A stretch of 64,000 nucleotides of DNA from the human T2T-CHM13v2.0 reference genome, Homo sapiens (GCF_009914755.1 NC_060928.1), one strand, 5' to 3'. Counted from the stretch's first letter, positions 42,388 through 60,230 are shown. Notes: a model not told the origin generated them from the sequence alone. Made by a program: numbers and translations.

Positions 42388-42741
42388 AGAGCGCATAAAC
42401 TGCTGTCCTGCAAGCTGAAGCAACCCAAAGTCATAGTTTGATACTTTCATGGCATTTTGAAAAAAAAAATAGAATCAAATTACTTATCGAAATTTAACAA
42501 ACCAAAAGTTGCTCTAAAAGCTTGCATGCTTGCATTTCTTTCTTTCAATAGCAGAGGTTCTGGATCCACATTTCTGAATGGCAATAATTAGCTGCGGCTG
42601 AATAATCAGTCACTCCTTGGATAGGGCTTGAGATTTCTAGTTTGCCCAAATCCCCACTCTTCCTCTTACCTCACACCAAGCCCACTCCCCTAATTTACAT
42701 TTGCCACCTGTCCCCTCAAGGCATTGACTTTATAAGTCTTG
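42388..42741 (-). mobile_element. MER102-like hAT element
   Basis: CCCACTCCCCTAATTTACATT...CCTGTCCCCTCAAGGCATTGAC resembles the MER102 terminus. Confidence 0.45.
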
Positions 42742-43065
42742 ACTTTATAAAATCGAAAACTCCTATTATCTGTTTAAGTCCCTTCCTTGATCTGGTCTTC
42801 ACTTACTTCTCTAGCAAAATGCCCCACGATTCCCTTCATGTTCTCTGGGATCCAACAAACTCCCCACACAGCACCTCTCAACTGTAAGTTCTATGAGGCC
42901 CATGTCTGTGTTTTTCATCAATATATTCCCAGCACCTGTAATGATGTCTCATTCATAACAAATGCTCAATAATTAATTTTTAAATGAATCCGTGAACCAA
43001 TACCTTTCTTCTATTACCTCCCTGCCTTTGTTCATGTTGTTCTCAGTCCCTAAAATGATGGGGTG

Positions 43066-43326
43066 TTTTGTTTTGTTTTGTTTTTAAGATACAGGGTTTT
43101 GCTCTATCACCCCAGGCTGGAGTGCAGTGGCCCTCCATACTAACCCTCCCAAGTTGCTGGGACTATAGGCATGTGCCACCATGCCTGCTATTTTTAAATT
43201 TTTTTTCGTAGGGACAGGGGTCTTGCTTTGTTGCCCAGTCTTGTGTTAAGCTCCTGGCCTCAAGCAATCCTCCCATCTTGTCTTCCCACAGCACTGGAAT
43301 TATAGGCATGAGGACCGCACCTGGCC
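43066..43326 (-). mobile_element. Alu (AluJ-type) with an internal deletion
   Basis: (GTTTT)n tail; GGAGTGCAGTGGC joins directly to CCTCC...CCCAAG; CTCAAGCAATCCTCCC is J-type. Confidence 0.92.
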
Positions 43327-43569
43327 TGAAATGACCCTCTTAACATTCACATGGCAGGTACAAACCACCCAGAGTCAAACAACCCTCCTCAGTCAAACCT
43401 GCCCTGACCCACTTGCTAGAAGTAACTTTCTCCTTCTGTGAACTCTTACAAAATCTTAGTGCTTTTAGCAATCATGGACGTTCCAAGCCACATCCCTGAT
43501 GGCCTACGTCTTTCACACTTTAGAAGAGAACTAGGTTAGGGAAGATTCAACAGGTCTGGGAAGTAAAAT

Positions 43570-44700
43570 CCCACCTTACTCTGGTGGCTATGTTTGGAGG
43601 GAAGTGAGAGAAAAAGAAGACAGGGGGCTACTGAGGCAGTCCAAGCAAGAAATGATGGTACTTTTGGCCTGGGGGGTTGGCAGGGAGGATGAAAAGAACT
43701 CCCTGGATCTGAGAGATTATTGGCATATGAAGTCATTGGGACTTGATGATATAATGGATGAGGTGGTAAAGGTGAAGGAAAGGGAGATTTCAAAGGAACT
43801 CTTTGATTGCTGGTTTATGCTAGAGATGAACTATCATCCCCTGAATGACAAAACACTTAAGGAGAACCAGGCTTCAAAGTTAAGGTTTGTTCGAGTTTAC
43901 TTTGAAGGTCTTTGAGAAATGCAAGTTGAGATGTCAAGTAAAAGATTAGATTTATAGGTTTAGAACTCAGAATAACATTCTGCGCTGAGGACATAAATCT
44001 GAAAGCTACCAGAATTATCAGATGTCAAAGCCCTGGATATTGATAACCCTGGTAATAATAATTCCTGAATGTCAAGGGAGAAAGTATTAGAATAGATGAA
44101 GAGAAGGGGCTTATGACCAAGTCTTGGGAATCTAACATTTCATAGTCAGGAGGTTGAAATTGAGCCTGCAAAGGAGATAGAAAGGGAAGGTGCAAAGCCC
44201 TAGGAGAAACCAGATAAGGATGGTGTATTAGCCCGTTCTCACACTGCTGATAAAGGCATTCCCCGAGACTGGGCAATTTACAAAAGAAAGGTTTATTGGA
44301 CTTACAGTTCCACGTGGTTGGGGAGACCTCACTATCACGGCAGAAGGTGTCTCACATGGCAGCAGACAAGAGAAGAGAGTTTATGCAGAAAAACTCCCAT
44401 TTTTCTCGTGAGTCTCATTCACCATCATGAGAACAACCCAGGAAAGACCCACCCCCATGATTCAATCACCTCCCACCAAGTTCCTCCCATGACATGTTGG
44501 AATTGTGGGAGTTGTAATTCAAGATGAGATTTGGGTGGGGACACAGCCAAACTATATCAGATGGCATTGGACAGCCAAAGAAGAGAGTATTTCAAGATGG
44601 GAGGAGTGGTGTATTGCTGACAGGTTAGTAAAGATGAGAACTGAGCAATATCTGAGATGTGGCATTATGCATGCCTTGAAAGCCTCTGAATGAGCCATTT
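43570..44700 (-). mobile_element. L2 fragment, interrupted by a THE1A LTR
   Basis: GGCTACTGAGGCAGTCCAAGCAAGAAATGATGG; GTTGAGATGTCAAGTA...; AAGATGAGAACTGAG. Confidence 0.6.
44224..44559 (-). mobile_element. THE1A-like solo LTR
   Basis: TGTATTAGCCCGTTCTCACACTGCTGATAAAG...GGGACACAGCCAAACTATATCA; perfect TSD GATGG (44219-44223 / 44560-44564). Confidence 0.92.
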
Positions 44701-45251
44701 CTGAAGGCTGCTAGGCCAGGCAGGAGGAAGCCTGCTGTGCATAAGGAGGAGAGGAAAGGGGCAGTGCCCATGGCTATAGTACACCATAGCTGTGGTCAAT
44801 GCTGGATTAAGGGAGGCAGATGTTAATGTCATTCCTGTGATGTGGCTAAAAAATATTTATTGGATTTAGCAGCCTGGAGGTCATGATGTACTTAGGGAGA
44901 GGCACCCATTTGCGAGGACAGCTAGGGTTAGAACCCAGGTGAGAGAGTTGGGGATTGGAAGAGAAGGAAGTAGAAACTGTGCCAATGATATGGTGCTGTA
45001 ATGAACACTGGCTACACTATCTTTTGCCTCTCTGCCTCCATCTGCACAAGTGCTTAGTGGGAGCCCCAGTCACTACCCCCTCCTTCCTCAGCAAACGGGC
45101 TCACATACGATGTCAAAGAAAAGAAACTATGGTGTGTGAAGAAATGCTTCAGCTTTTTTGTGTATCTCTAAGCTAGTGAGTGCCTTGGAATTTTTTAAGA
45201 GAGACCACCCCGCCACTGCTCCCTGCACCACCTCACTCTGTGCTGGGTTTC

Positions 45252-45306
45252 TGCATGTGTGCATGTGTGTGTGTGTGTGTGCATGCACACATGTGCATAT
45301 GTGTAT
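45252..45306. repeat. 55-bp perfect alternating purine/pyrimidine tract
   Basis: TGCATGTGTGCATGTG...TGCATGCACACATGTGCATATGTGTAT. Confidence 0.9.
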
Positions 45307-45819
45307 TTAAATGGTTTTAATGTCAAAACTGAGGTCTCCTGCTGGTTTAAAGTATTTGAAAGAAACTCCTCCTCTGCAGTCCAGGGACATCCCTGTGTGG
45401 TTTCTGAGAAGGATGAGGAGTTCAAGAAGTGAAGGCTCTGTCATACATAAAGAGAAAACAATTTCACTGTGCAATCCAGGAGAGACAAAGCAGTGTAGCA
45501 TGTGGCTTCAGGATTCTGGCCAGCAGAGGTGAGTTAGAGAGACAGCTCTTAACCTTCACATTTATGTGTAACATTAGAGGACAAGGTATTCAGTTAGTGG
45601 TGAAAATGCAACGAAAGTAAATGCTGACAACTGCATTTTTTTCCCATCAAAGTCAGTTTAACCTAATTTCCACTGACTAAGTGCCTCATCCTACTTTCAA
45701 AATTCCACTGAATTTTAGGCAACTAGATCTTTATAGCAAAAGTTGAAAAAATAGAAATTTTTTTTGTCACCTGGGCTTCAGACAGGCCTTGAAATTTCAT
45801 TCTGTCTTTCCTCTATAAC

Positions 45820-46146
45820 CAGCAATTGTCCAATAGCAATATAATGCAATCCACAAATTAATTTTAAATTTTCTAGTAGCCATGTTAAAAAATGAAAAAG
45901 AAACAAGTAAGATTACTTTAAGAACATATTTTATTTAACCCAATATATCCAAAATGTTACCACGTCAATAGGGAATTAATATAAAAATTTATTAATGGGC
46001 TATTTTACATTCTTCAGTTCATCCTATGTCTTTGAAACCTGGTATATATTTTACACATACGGCACATCCTAATTCAGATTAGGCACATTTCAAGTGCTCA
46101 ATAGCAGCACGTTGCTAGTGGCTATCAATCATACTGAACATCACAA
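45820..46146. mobile_element. MER33 hAT-Charlie MITE
   Basis: TGTCCAATAG...AATTTTAAATTTTCTAGTAGCCA...CACATTTCAAGTGCTCAATAGC...GCTAGTGGCTA. Confidence 0.8.
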
Positions 46147-46233
46147 CTCGAAACAATCATAAAAAAATCAGGTACAAAAAGAATCTCATCTAACTGGAAA
46201 ATAGGGAACTCATATTTACTGAACATCTATTAG

Positions 46234-46607
<374 letters not shown>

Positions 46608-48093
46608 TCTATCTTTCTTTTTGAGAGAGAAACTGAGGCTCGGAATGTTTAAATAAATTGTGTTTCACTAAGAAGTGGCAGAAACAGCATTTAAACTCAA
46701 GGCCGTGCTTTTCTTAACACATGCTTTTGCTTCCCTTGGCAGTACAATCAGTTAAACCTCCCTGAGTCCTTAATGCATATCATGATGTTCAGTCAAGACG
46801 TGCTCACGGTAAGAAGAGCAGCTGTAAGACCACAAAATAGTAAAAGCTTCAAAGAGCAACAAGAAAGAAAAAGGGCCACCCCATCAAACCCCAATTCTTA
46901 TTAAATAATAGATGTGATAACCAATCTGAAAGTAAATTTCATTGATTGCCTTCCTTGTGTAAATGCGCTTTATGGAGGAAAAAAGAAAGTATGCAACCTT
47001 AGGGGTCTGACCGACTTCTCTGCACTCCCTCCTCTGCCCTTCTCATTCTCATCTTGCAGGGAGCCTTCTGTTTCCTGACACCTTCTTTCTGGCTTCACAT
47101 TTGTGCACCTCTTCTTCTCTCTGGCGGGAAGATTCTCCCTTCTCCTGTCTGAGTGATTACCTCCTTCTCATCCTTCAAAGCCTGGCTCAAACATCGCTTC
47201 CTGCTAGAAGTCCTCCTTGACACCCTAGGCAGAGTTGACCATTTTTTCCTTTGTGCTTTAATTGTTCATCTTTCTATCAGAGCAATTATTACACATTTGT
47301 TCTGAGGTCTGTTTTCCCACAGGGTGTGAGCTCCCAGAGGCAGGGAGAATGCCTTATTCAATCCCTGTGGAGTAAGTGTCTGACTCTGCTATTAGCTAAG
47401 GTCTCCTGGCCCTTAAGCCCTACAGAAGATTGGATCAGATCCTAATTACATTGATTAGGGAAACCTAAAGCACTTCGCAAGGGGTCTCCAAATTCTGGGG
47501 GAAGTTCTTATGGTTTATGGTCTTAAGGTTAATTCTATTCTCATGTCCTAACTTTGTCAAAATTTGTTCTCTGTGTCTTAGAGCTACTTCTTTCCACTCA
47601 GCTCTGATGTTGGGCCCCCAAGTAACTTCTCTTTGACTCTCCCTTCATCCCAAAAGCAACCATACAAAAAAGCCATTTTACCAAAGACCAGGGGATCCCG
47701 GGAAGGGTGATACACCACAAAGCAAATAGCTTAAAATCTGGTACTAGATTTTTCTGAAACCCTGTTGCCCTAATATTACATTCCTACTTCTTGAAAAGTT
47801 TCCAGCCTCTTTCTCTCAAATTCTTTTTCTGCCAGCCTCTTTGCTTGCCCCCTCCCTCCTTCCTCCTCCCCACTTCTTTTTTTCTTTTTTTTTCAGGAGC
47901 CGATACCCAATATTCCTCTTATTTTCACATGTAAAATGGTACATCTTTTCCTTCCTGCTAGGGCTCCTTCAGATACTGGCATCATGGATCTCCAGCCCAA
48001 ACACTTAGCAAAGTATTTTCCCAGGCAGTTTCCCTCTTGAGAAAAATCTCAGCCAGCAGTTAAGATAATAATAATATCTCCTTCTATTCAGAC

Positions 48094-48335
48094 CAGAGTC
48101 AGCAAACTTTTTCTGTAAAGGGGGAGATAGCAGATAATTTTGGCTTTCTAAGCCATAAGATCTCTGCCACAATGACTCAACTCTAAGTGTGGCCTTAGAC
48201 TAGTTACTTTACTTCTCACAATCAACCTTTCTTACCTATAAAATGGAGTTAATGCATATTTCACAAAGGAGTTGTGTCTGTTCAGTGGGACAACATCTAA
48301 GACAGTCAGTGCAATGCCTGACACACACAAAAATA
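48094..48335 (+). mobile_element. MER58A fragment abutting a MIR fragment
   Basis: CAGAGTCAGCAAACTTTTTCTGTAAAGGG (MER58 terminus), then MIR-like CCTATAAAATGGAG...AATGCCTGACAC. Confidence 0.65.
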
Positions 48336-48585
48336 CTGTTTTTCTTTCTTCTTTTTTTCCACTTCACAGAGCAACATATTGTAAAAAATATTGCATTAAT
48401 CTGGGTTTAACTGTTTTAGTAATTCCTGAACAATAGCAATTGCAATTTAGATGATATTAAAGCAGGCAGACTATCACACATAAAGGATTTAGAGATTCAA
48501 GCACATTGCTAAATTTGCCAGTTGTTCTTTTCTTTATAAGTAACATAAAATCAGGGCACACTGACTTTTGAAAAAAGAACATTTA

Positions 48586-48913
48586 GTTAAGGACAGCCAG
48601 AGAGAAAGGTTGGGTTACCCTCAAAGGGAAGCCCATCAGACTAACAGTGGATCTCTCGGCAGAAACTCTACAAGCCAGAAGAGATTGGGGGCCAATATTC
48701 AACATTCTTAAAGAAAAGAATTTTCAACCCACAATTTCATATCCAGCCAAACTAAGCTTCATAAGTGAAGGAGAAATAAAATACTTTACAGACAAGCAAA
48801 TGCCGAGAGATATTGTCACCACCAGGCCTGCCCTAAAAGAGCTCCTGAAGGAAGCACTAAACACGGAAAGGAACAACCAGTACCGGCCACTGCCAAAACA
48901 TGCCAAATTGTAA
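48586..48913 (+). pseudogene. L1 ORF1p C-terminal fragment
   Basis: DLSAETLQARRDWGPIFNILKEKNFQP.ISYPAKLSFISEGEIKYF...HAKL*. Confidence 0.95.
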
Positions 48914-48976
48914 AGACCATCAAGGCTAGGAAGAAACTGCATCAACTAACGAGCAAAATAACCAGCTAACATCATA

Positions 48977-52775
<3,799 letters not shown>

Positions 52776-52975
52776 ACAATGAGAACACATGGACACAGGA
52801 GGGGGATCATCACACTCTGGGGACTGTCGTGGGGTGCGGGGAGTGGGGCGGGATAGCATTAGGAGATAAACCTAATGCTAAATGTCAAGTTAATTGGTGC
52901 AGCACACCAGCATGGCACATGTATACATATGTAACTAACCTGCACATTGTGCACATGTACCCTAAAACTTAAAGT

Positions 52976-53034
52976 ATAATAATAATAAAATAAAATAAAA
53001 TAAAATAAAATAAAATAAAATAAAATAAAATAAA
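52976..53034 (+). repeat. (TAAAA)n L1 tail microsatellite
   Basis: Read directly from the sequence. Confidence 0.95.
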
Positions 53035-53247
53035 GAAAAAAGAACATTTATTGGTTCACATAACTAAAAATTCCTGGGTTAGGTTTTTGTATTTGGTGGG
53101 TCCAGGCACTCAACCCATGTCATTGGGAATCTGTGTTCTCTTCATCCTCCTCCCGGCAGGACCTCCTTTGAATGGTTTCCTTTTCAGGTAGATTATCCTC
53201 ATGCAGTAGAAAATGCCCATGAGCAGCTACAGACTTAGGGCTTAGCA

Positions 53248-53450
53248 CAGGGATCCACAAACTGTAACACTCAGGCCAAATCCCACCAAAGCCTGTTTGT
53301 GTACAGCCTGTTAGCTAAGGAAAATATTTACATTTTTAAAGGGTTATAAAAAATGCAAAGAAGACTATGTGACAGAGACAGAGATGTATGGATACCAAGC
53401 TGAAAATGATTATTATCTGGCCTTTTCTAGAAAATGTTTACTGACATCGC
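53248..53450. mobile_element. MER58-family hAT MITE
   Basis: CAGGGATCCACAAACT...GGCCAAATC...; ends ATCTGGCCTTTTCTAGAAAATGTTTACTGAC. Confidence 0.65.
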
Positions 53451-53534
53451 AGCTCCAGTGCACAAAGAGCTCTTCTTGTCCATTTTTTTTTCTGGCAGAA
53501 GACCCAAGATTTCTTTCCTGGGAGCTTCTTATTG

Positions 53535-54490
53535 CTTCTCTGTGCTGCCTTCTGGAATTTTTCTCATTTCTATATGTCTCAGGCATCAGACAGAACTGGA
53601 TTAATGGCTTTACTGATTCTCTCTTCAGCTGCCCTTGAATTTTTAATCTTAATTACTATATTGTTTATTCTCAAAGTTCTATTTAGTACAATACGCTTAG
53701 TGTTTTCTATGGCTTCTTTGTCTCTCATTATTTTTTTCCTACCTTAATCACTTTAAACGTTCTTATTTTATAGTCCCTAGCCAAAGCTGAGTTTTGGGAG
53801 GGTTTATATCTTCTGTTGATAGGCCTGCTGGCATTGGCTCATGTGTTTGGGGTTTTAAAAACTCTTGGATTGTGAATTCATCTTAACATGGCATTTAAAC
53901 CGTGGGAATCCTGGATCTCCAAGTTTGAGGGCATCTCTCTGGTGCTACTTTTGCCAGGAATTTTAGGAATGTCTAAAAACTGTTTCTACACTAATTTACC
54001 ACACAGAGGTCTCCAGTGCCATAGAGGGAGTACAACTTTGAACCCCAAAGCTGGTGAATGCAGGCCTGGAGTTTCAAAAATTTTCCCCCACTCAGAGCTC
54101 ACTCCAAGGAATGCAAGCTTCTCTGTCATTTTCTTTGGTCTTTTAGGGGAGGGAGGCCTTTCCCTGCTTTTCCCCTTTCACTAAGGGTAGCAACTTCATG
54201 TGGGATATCAATTTTTCCTTCTGTCCCAGACTAACCATCAAATCCCAAACTCCTTGGTTTGTGAGATCATCAAATACCCCCAGATGGCCCCAACTTCAGT
54301 TCGCAGGTTATTCTCTGGTTTTAGTTGCCATTTCATTTTGGCCCCTGGGATTTTATTTTCTTTCTTTTGAGCTCAGTTGGGACATTTAAAGAGAAGCTGG
54401 TTCTAGTTTATACTGCTTTTCCAGGTGTTTCATAGCAGGAGGGTTTCATGTAATGCAATCCACCACATTGCCCCAAATGGAAATTCCATT
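53535..54490 (-). mobile_element. Ancient L1M/HAL1-like 5' region
   Basis: T-rich antisense ORF1-like sequence; ends ...CCACCACATTGCCCCAAATGGAAATTCC, like old L1 5' termini. Confidence 0.4.
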
Positions 54491-54734
54491 AGGCCTGTGA
54501 GACTCCATGTAAGACTATGCCAGCACCATGTGCCACCCATAGAGAGCTTCCTCTACCACTTTTATCACCTAGAGTAGCACGCACCTTAAGAGGTGCTCAC
54601 AGGATGTGTGTTGGAGATGACCATTTGGGTGAGTTTCCAGGAAAGCACAGCAAAGCCTGCTGATAATGTGTTTTATGTTAAGGTATCCAGTACAATCATA
54701 TGTATATGGTGTAATGGCTCCTGCGACAACAGCA

Positions 54735-54958
54735 TTGTATGGGGCTTAAGAGTACGTGCTCCAGAATCAGACTATCTAGATTTAAATTTGGTTTCTTCTG
54801 CTTCCTAGTTGGGTATCCTTGGGCTAGCCACTTAACTCTTCTTTTCCCAGTATGTGAAATCGGGGTGATGATGGAACCTATCTCAGGGAGTCACGGAAAA
54901 GGGTAGATGAGTTAATGTCTGCAAAGGGCCGAGTCTGCGGTGTGGTCTGGTAAATCTT
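54735..54958 (+). mobile_element. MIR
   Basis: CTCCAGAATCAGACT...CCTTGGGCTAGCCACTTAAC...TGTGAAATCGGGGTGATGATGGAACCTA. Confidence 0.7.
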
Positions 54959-55151
54959 AGCCTTCGTTTGTTTCAGGGAAAGGACCTGGGCTGGAGAATA
55001 GACCCATGCACGAGGTTGGGGTGGGGGCACAAAAGCCCATCCAGATAAACCTGCCCCTTTCCAGAAGTGAGAAAGGGAAGGAGGATGAGGAAAAGGCTGA
55101 GGTAACTGAAGAGAATACTGACCCAGTCCTCAGGAGGAAAAACAAAAATTA

Positions 55152-55563
<412 letters not shown>

Positions 55564-56929
55564 TTAAAGTTTGTGTGTGTTGGTCTAAAAATGAAACCCC
55601 ACCGAATGGCATTACCGGCTTCCACAAGCACAGAAACGTCACTGTTTATTGTGGAGGCTGTGAGAAGAATGTGCAAAGCACATTGGCCTTCAATGGAGGT
55701 GAAGGTGGGACTAGGAGAGAGTCGGGGTCCTTTAACATGGGTCTCCATGCTCCCCTTATGCTTCCATTATCTGCCTCTTACCTAATTCCTAAGTGGTCAG
55801 TATTGAAGTGCCATGCAATTGCCTTAGAAACTTCTGATGCCAGAAAATTCACTCTCAAAAGGAGAATAAAAGATTAATAGAAGTTCCTAAACATTTTCAA
55901 GGGAAACTTGAGCTGATACAAAATGCAAAAAGGTCTGCAGAATTTTAACACATTTCTGATACAGGTTAGAATTAGAATTCTTGAAAAGATTTGTTTAAAG
56001 TATGTTTAAAACATTTGGCTACGGGAACAGTTATTTGTGCAAACACTATTTCTAAATGGATTGTGTGGCCCCACCAAGCCAGAGTGTGCAGACTAGGAAG
56101 TGGTCCTTGGGCTGCTTCCTCCTAAGTGGTTTGAACACTGGGAAATGTGTTTCTCCCTCAACAAGTGCTTATTCAGCAGCTTGAGTGGCAAAGAAAGGTG
56201 ATAATGGCCAGATATCAGCAACACTCCATTTAGTTTTTTAAATGGTTGACAACATTTCTAGGAGCAGCTATCTGTGAGTGTTGAGTAAGGATTTTGTGGG
56301 ACTCAGTTAAATTCAGAGAAAAACTTGCTACAAAGTTAATCAGACATTTTCACTGTTAAAAACATTTTTTTTCTGCCGCATGTTTTTGGATACAAATAGA
56401 AAACAGTTCACACAAATTATTGTGATCTGTATGGTTCCTATACAAACACACTGAATCTTTTAGTTTTCATTTTTTCTCTTCAGGATGCCAGTGTCTCTAC
56501 ATCGTGACAACTTTGAATGTGACCATTGTATCACCTACTAAGTCCGGCAGAACTAGAAATTATGGCTGAAGTTCCAGAAAGTTCCAGAAAGCACATTTGG
56601 CCTTATAATAGATAATTACTAACTGCAAGAGCTGTGCATTTACTAAATGATATGCTCTGCCAAGGAGCGAGTTCCCCATCACAGAGAGCAGCAGAAGCCA
56701 TCATCAGGAATGCTGCGTGTGGATTTCTGAGTTGAGTATGCGGTTAAAACACAAGACGCTAGGTTTAGTCCAATCTTAAAATTCTACGATTTTAATCTTT
56801 TAAAAATAGTGTTTGCATAGTATTTTTAAGTTTTTGATGAACCTCACATACATGATCTCATTGATTCTTTTTTAAAAAATGGAGGTCACTTTTTCTTGGC
56901 TTAAACAAATGAAAATAAATATAAACAAT

Positions 56930-58750
56930 ATAGACTTCTGAAGAAGGATGGCAGAATAAAGGCAAAATAAAGACTCTCCTCCTCCAACATCTAAAATATG
57001 AATAAAAATAATAAAAATCAGCAAAAAAAAAAAAAACCCACAAAAAAACAGCAACAGCAAGAACACAAAGAAATGGGAGCAACCTAACGTCATAGACTTC
57101 AAAAAGGGGAGGACAAAGGAAGGAAGGAGAGATTTTAGAAAAGTAGTTTCTCTGTGCTCACTTTGGAAGACTTGGATTACCAAAATATTGAAAAATTGAA
57201 TCAAAAGCTATTAATCTGAAAAGAAACAAATTAGCAGGGCATATTGTTTTCCTTGAATGCTTTAGGTTATAGAACAGGTTAATAACAATATGAATTCAAC
57301 ATAGTGGGTCCCAAAGAGGAAATGATGAAACAAGAGAATGATCTGGAAAAGTGATTTTCTACTGTCCTATAGAAACAAATTAAAGACCAAAACAATATTA
57401 TTTTTTTTTAATGATACTTTAGTTCTAGGGTACATGTGCACAATGTGCAGGTTTGATACATAGGTATACATGTGCCACGTTGGTTTGCTGCACTCATCAA
57501 CTCGTCATTTACATTAGGTATTTCTCCTAATGTTATCCCTTCCCCCGTCGCCCAACCCCACGACAGGCCCGGGTGTGTGATGTTCCCCGCCCTGTGTCCA
57601 AGTGTTTTCATTCAAAACGACATTATTATAGAACTGATAAATAGATAAAAATCATCAAAAAAAAAGCTGAATAGGCACAACTCAAAATAAGCTTACAGAC
57701 AGAAAAAAATCCTTAAGATAAAGATAGAAATTGCATGTGAAAAGCACAAAGCAATTTCAGCCTAGTTCTTAAGCCTGGTTGTAGACAATCTGCAAATAGG
57801 ACAGACAAAATATTCAAAGCTATAAAACAAAAAAAATTGCTCTGACAAATGCAGAAACGAATCTGCAGATTGAAAGAGCACACCATGACCCAAGAAAAAC
57901 AAATACTAAATGATCAGCACTGAGACATATCCTCATTAACTTATCAAACTTCAAGGACTTTTTTAAAAAGTATTTTGGCATAGGACATAAAAAGTAAAGG
58001 AAGCCAGTTAGGGTTGCCTTTGACACTAACAATCAATTTTGCATGCCAAGCTATAATAAAGCACTACCTAGGATTTCCAAGGGAAAGTGTGACTCAAGAG
58101 TATTTCACCCATCCAGAATGAGTTTCAGTATAAAAGTCACAGATAAATATTCTGACCCACGACAGAACTCAGGGAACACACACTCATGAGTCCTTCTTGA
58201 GAGGAATTATTCAGTGATGAACAGTCAATTTAGAGATGAATAGAAATAAAATATTTGGAAATATAGAGTCTGGGATAAAAAGGACTTCTTAGGAACACAT
58301 AATTCATTTGAGTATGGAACTCATGGTATTAAACAATTACGGGATTAATGTTTCCACAACAGAATGTGAATATTATAAGCAAAGATATTGTAAAAATAAT
58401 ATTAGAGCCAAAATTGGGAAGTGAGGGGTAGGGAGATGGGAGGAAGTACAAGTCTAAAGATTTACTCATCTTTCCGATGTGTGAGTCATTCAATATTGTC
58501 TAAAACTGAAACATGTTGCTAAAAAAATAATGACTCCAACATTTTAACATTTTTCATAGTATCTTTTCTTAACCTTATTTCCCCAAGAGGGAATATTGAG
58601 CAAATAGTATCTCCTGTGGTAAAGAATATTTAATGAAAGGGCAACAAATTTTCAGTTTTATGTTAGTTTTACTTTTCTAATGTTCAATTCAAGTAACATT
58701 AAATCCATTAGTTTTTTGAAGAATGTGTATAATATGATCATCTTTATGTA
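56930..58750 (+). mobile_element. HAL1/ancient L1 ORF1-containing element, interrupted by an L1PA
   Basis: 5' end GACTTCTG...GATGGCAGAATA; ORF1 RRM-like codons CAGATTGAAAGAGCACACC (QIERAH) and AGACATATCCTC (RHIL) at about 57865-57935. Confidence 0.6.
57403..57612 (-). mobile_element. Short L1PA7-like 3' end
   Basis: Antisense L1 3'UTR; TSD CAAAACAATATTATT (57388-57402) / CAAAACGACATTATT (57613-57627). Confidence 0.9.
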
Positions 58751-58803
58751 AAAATATTTTTGCCTGTCTGTGTCTGTTTCTCTTTCAATCTCTCTTTAGC
58801 ATA

Positions 58804-59159
58804 TGACATGGCTTGACTCTGTGTCCCCACTCAAATCTCACCTTGAATTTTAAAATCTCCATATGTCAAGGGAGGTACCAGGTGGAGATAATTGAATCAT
58901 GGGGAGAATTTCCCCCATGCTGTTCTCATGATAGCGAGTGAGTTCTCAAAATATCTGATGGTTTTATCAGGGGCTTCCCCCTTCACTTGACACGCATTCT
59001 CTCTCCTGCCGCCCTGTGAAGAGGTGCCTTCTGCCATGATTGTAAGTTTCCTGAGGCCTCCCTAGCCATGTGGAACTGTGAGTTAATTAAACCTCTTTTC
59101 TTTATAAATTACCCAGTCTTGGGTATTTCTTCATAGCAGGGTGAGAATGGACTAATGCG
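58804..59159 (+). mobile_element. THE1D-like solo LTR
   Basis: TGACATGGCTTGACTCTGTGTCCCCAC...GAATGGACTAAT; perfect TSD GCATA (58799-58803 / 59160-59164). Confidence 0.9.
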
Positions 59160-60230
59160 GCATACATTTCTCTTTCCTCTCCTCTCCTTTCCAAATAGTA
59201 ACTGGATTTTCATTCAGATTTCCATCTCTCTGCCAGGCAACCTAAGTACTTCAGGGGACTGTGAACCCAGCTCCAGGGCCAGGGTGGAATGATTGGGCTA
59301 AGGATAATTCCTTATCCCAGGGAACTCAGGTCAAAACCAACCAGGGTGTGGCATATTCCTGCAGTAGAATCTGGAATGGGCTTGTGACCCAGCTCAGGCC
59401 AGTGAAACATGAAGGAAGGCTTGGCGGAGAATTCTGAAGAAGGAGCTTCTCAGCTTTTAAGAGAAGCTCACCATAGGAAACTCCCTCTCTCCCTCTGGAC
59501 TTGTTGGTTTAAAGACGCAAAACCTGGAGCTGCTACAGACATTTTTCACCACTGCAAGTGAAGACTTCTGCCCCATAGACAGCGACTGGAAGCTGGATCA
59601 GGCCAACCCTGAAGATCACTCTGTCTCTGGATGTCGGTTACACAAATCAATACATTTCCATGTGTTAAAGCAATTCGACTTGGATTTTACATATATTTTT
59701 GAAACTGAAAACATTGTAATCTATATATCTACTTAGAAAGATGTGAAATATCCACCTAATAATAATCATTTGGGGTTACTAATAAAAATTATTTTTACTT
59801 TTCTTCATTGCTTACTTTATAATGGGCTGTTTCATTTTTTAAAACACAAAAAGTTATTATTCTTGTATATTAAATTGTTAAACATAAAAGTAATATGTAC
59901 TCATTGGAAAAAAATCCAGACACCTTCTCTTCCAGGTGACCTAAATAGAATTAGGGAGAGAGAAAAATAATGATCTCTGATCAGAAAATATAATAAAAAT
60001 GATTTTAGAAAGAGTCAACATATTTACTCTGCTTAGAAGTTTACACATATAATCTCATTTAATTTTCACAACATATTATGCAGTAGGAAGCATCATTAGC
60101 TCCATTTTATAGACAAAAAAAATCTCTTGCATTCTGCAATTGTCTAAAATTACTTTGAAAAGAGACAGTTTTTAATAGCATAGTTAAAGATAAAAGATTT
60201 ATAACATACACATGATAGAGAAAATTAATA

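Noticed and set aside
44768-44795. Small hairpin CCATGGCTAT-N8-ATAGCTGTGG
   Set aside because: The 10-bp stem needs two G-U pairs; expected by chance, with no ncRNA features.
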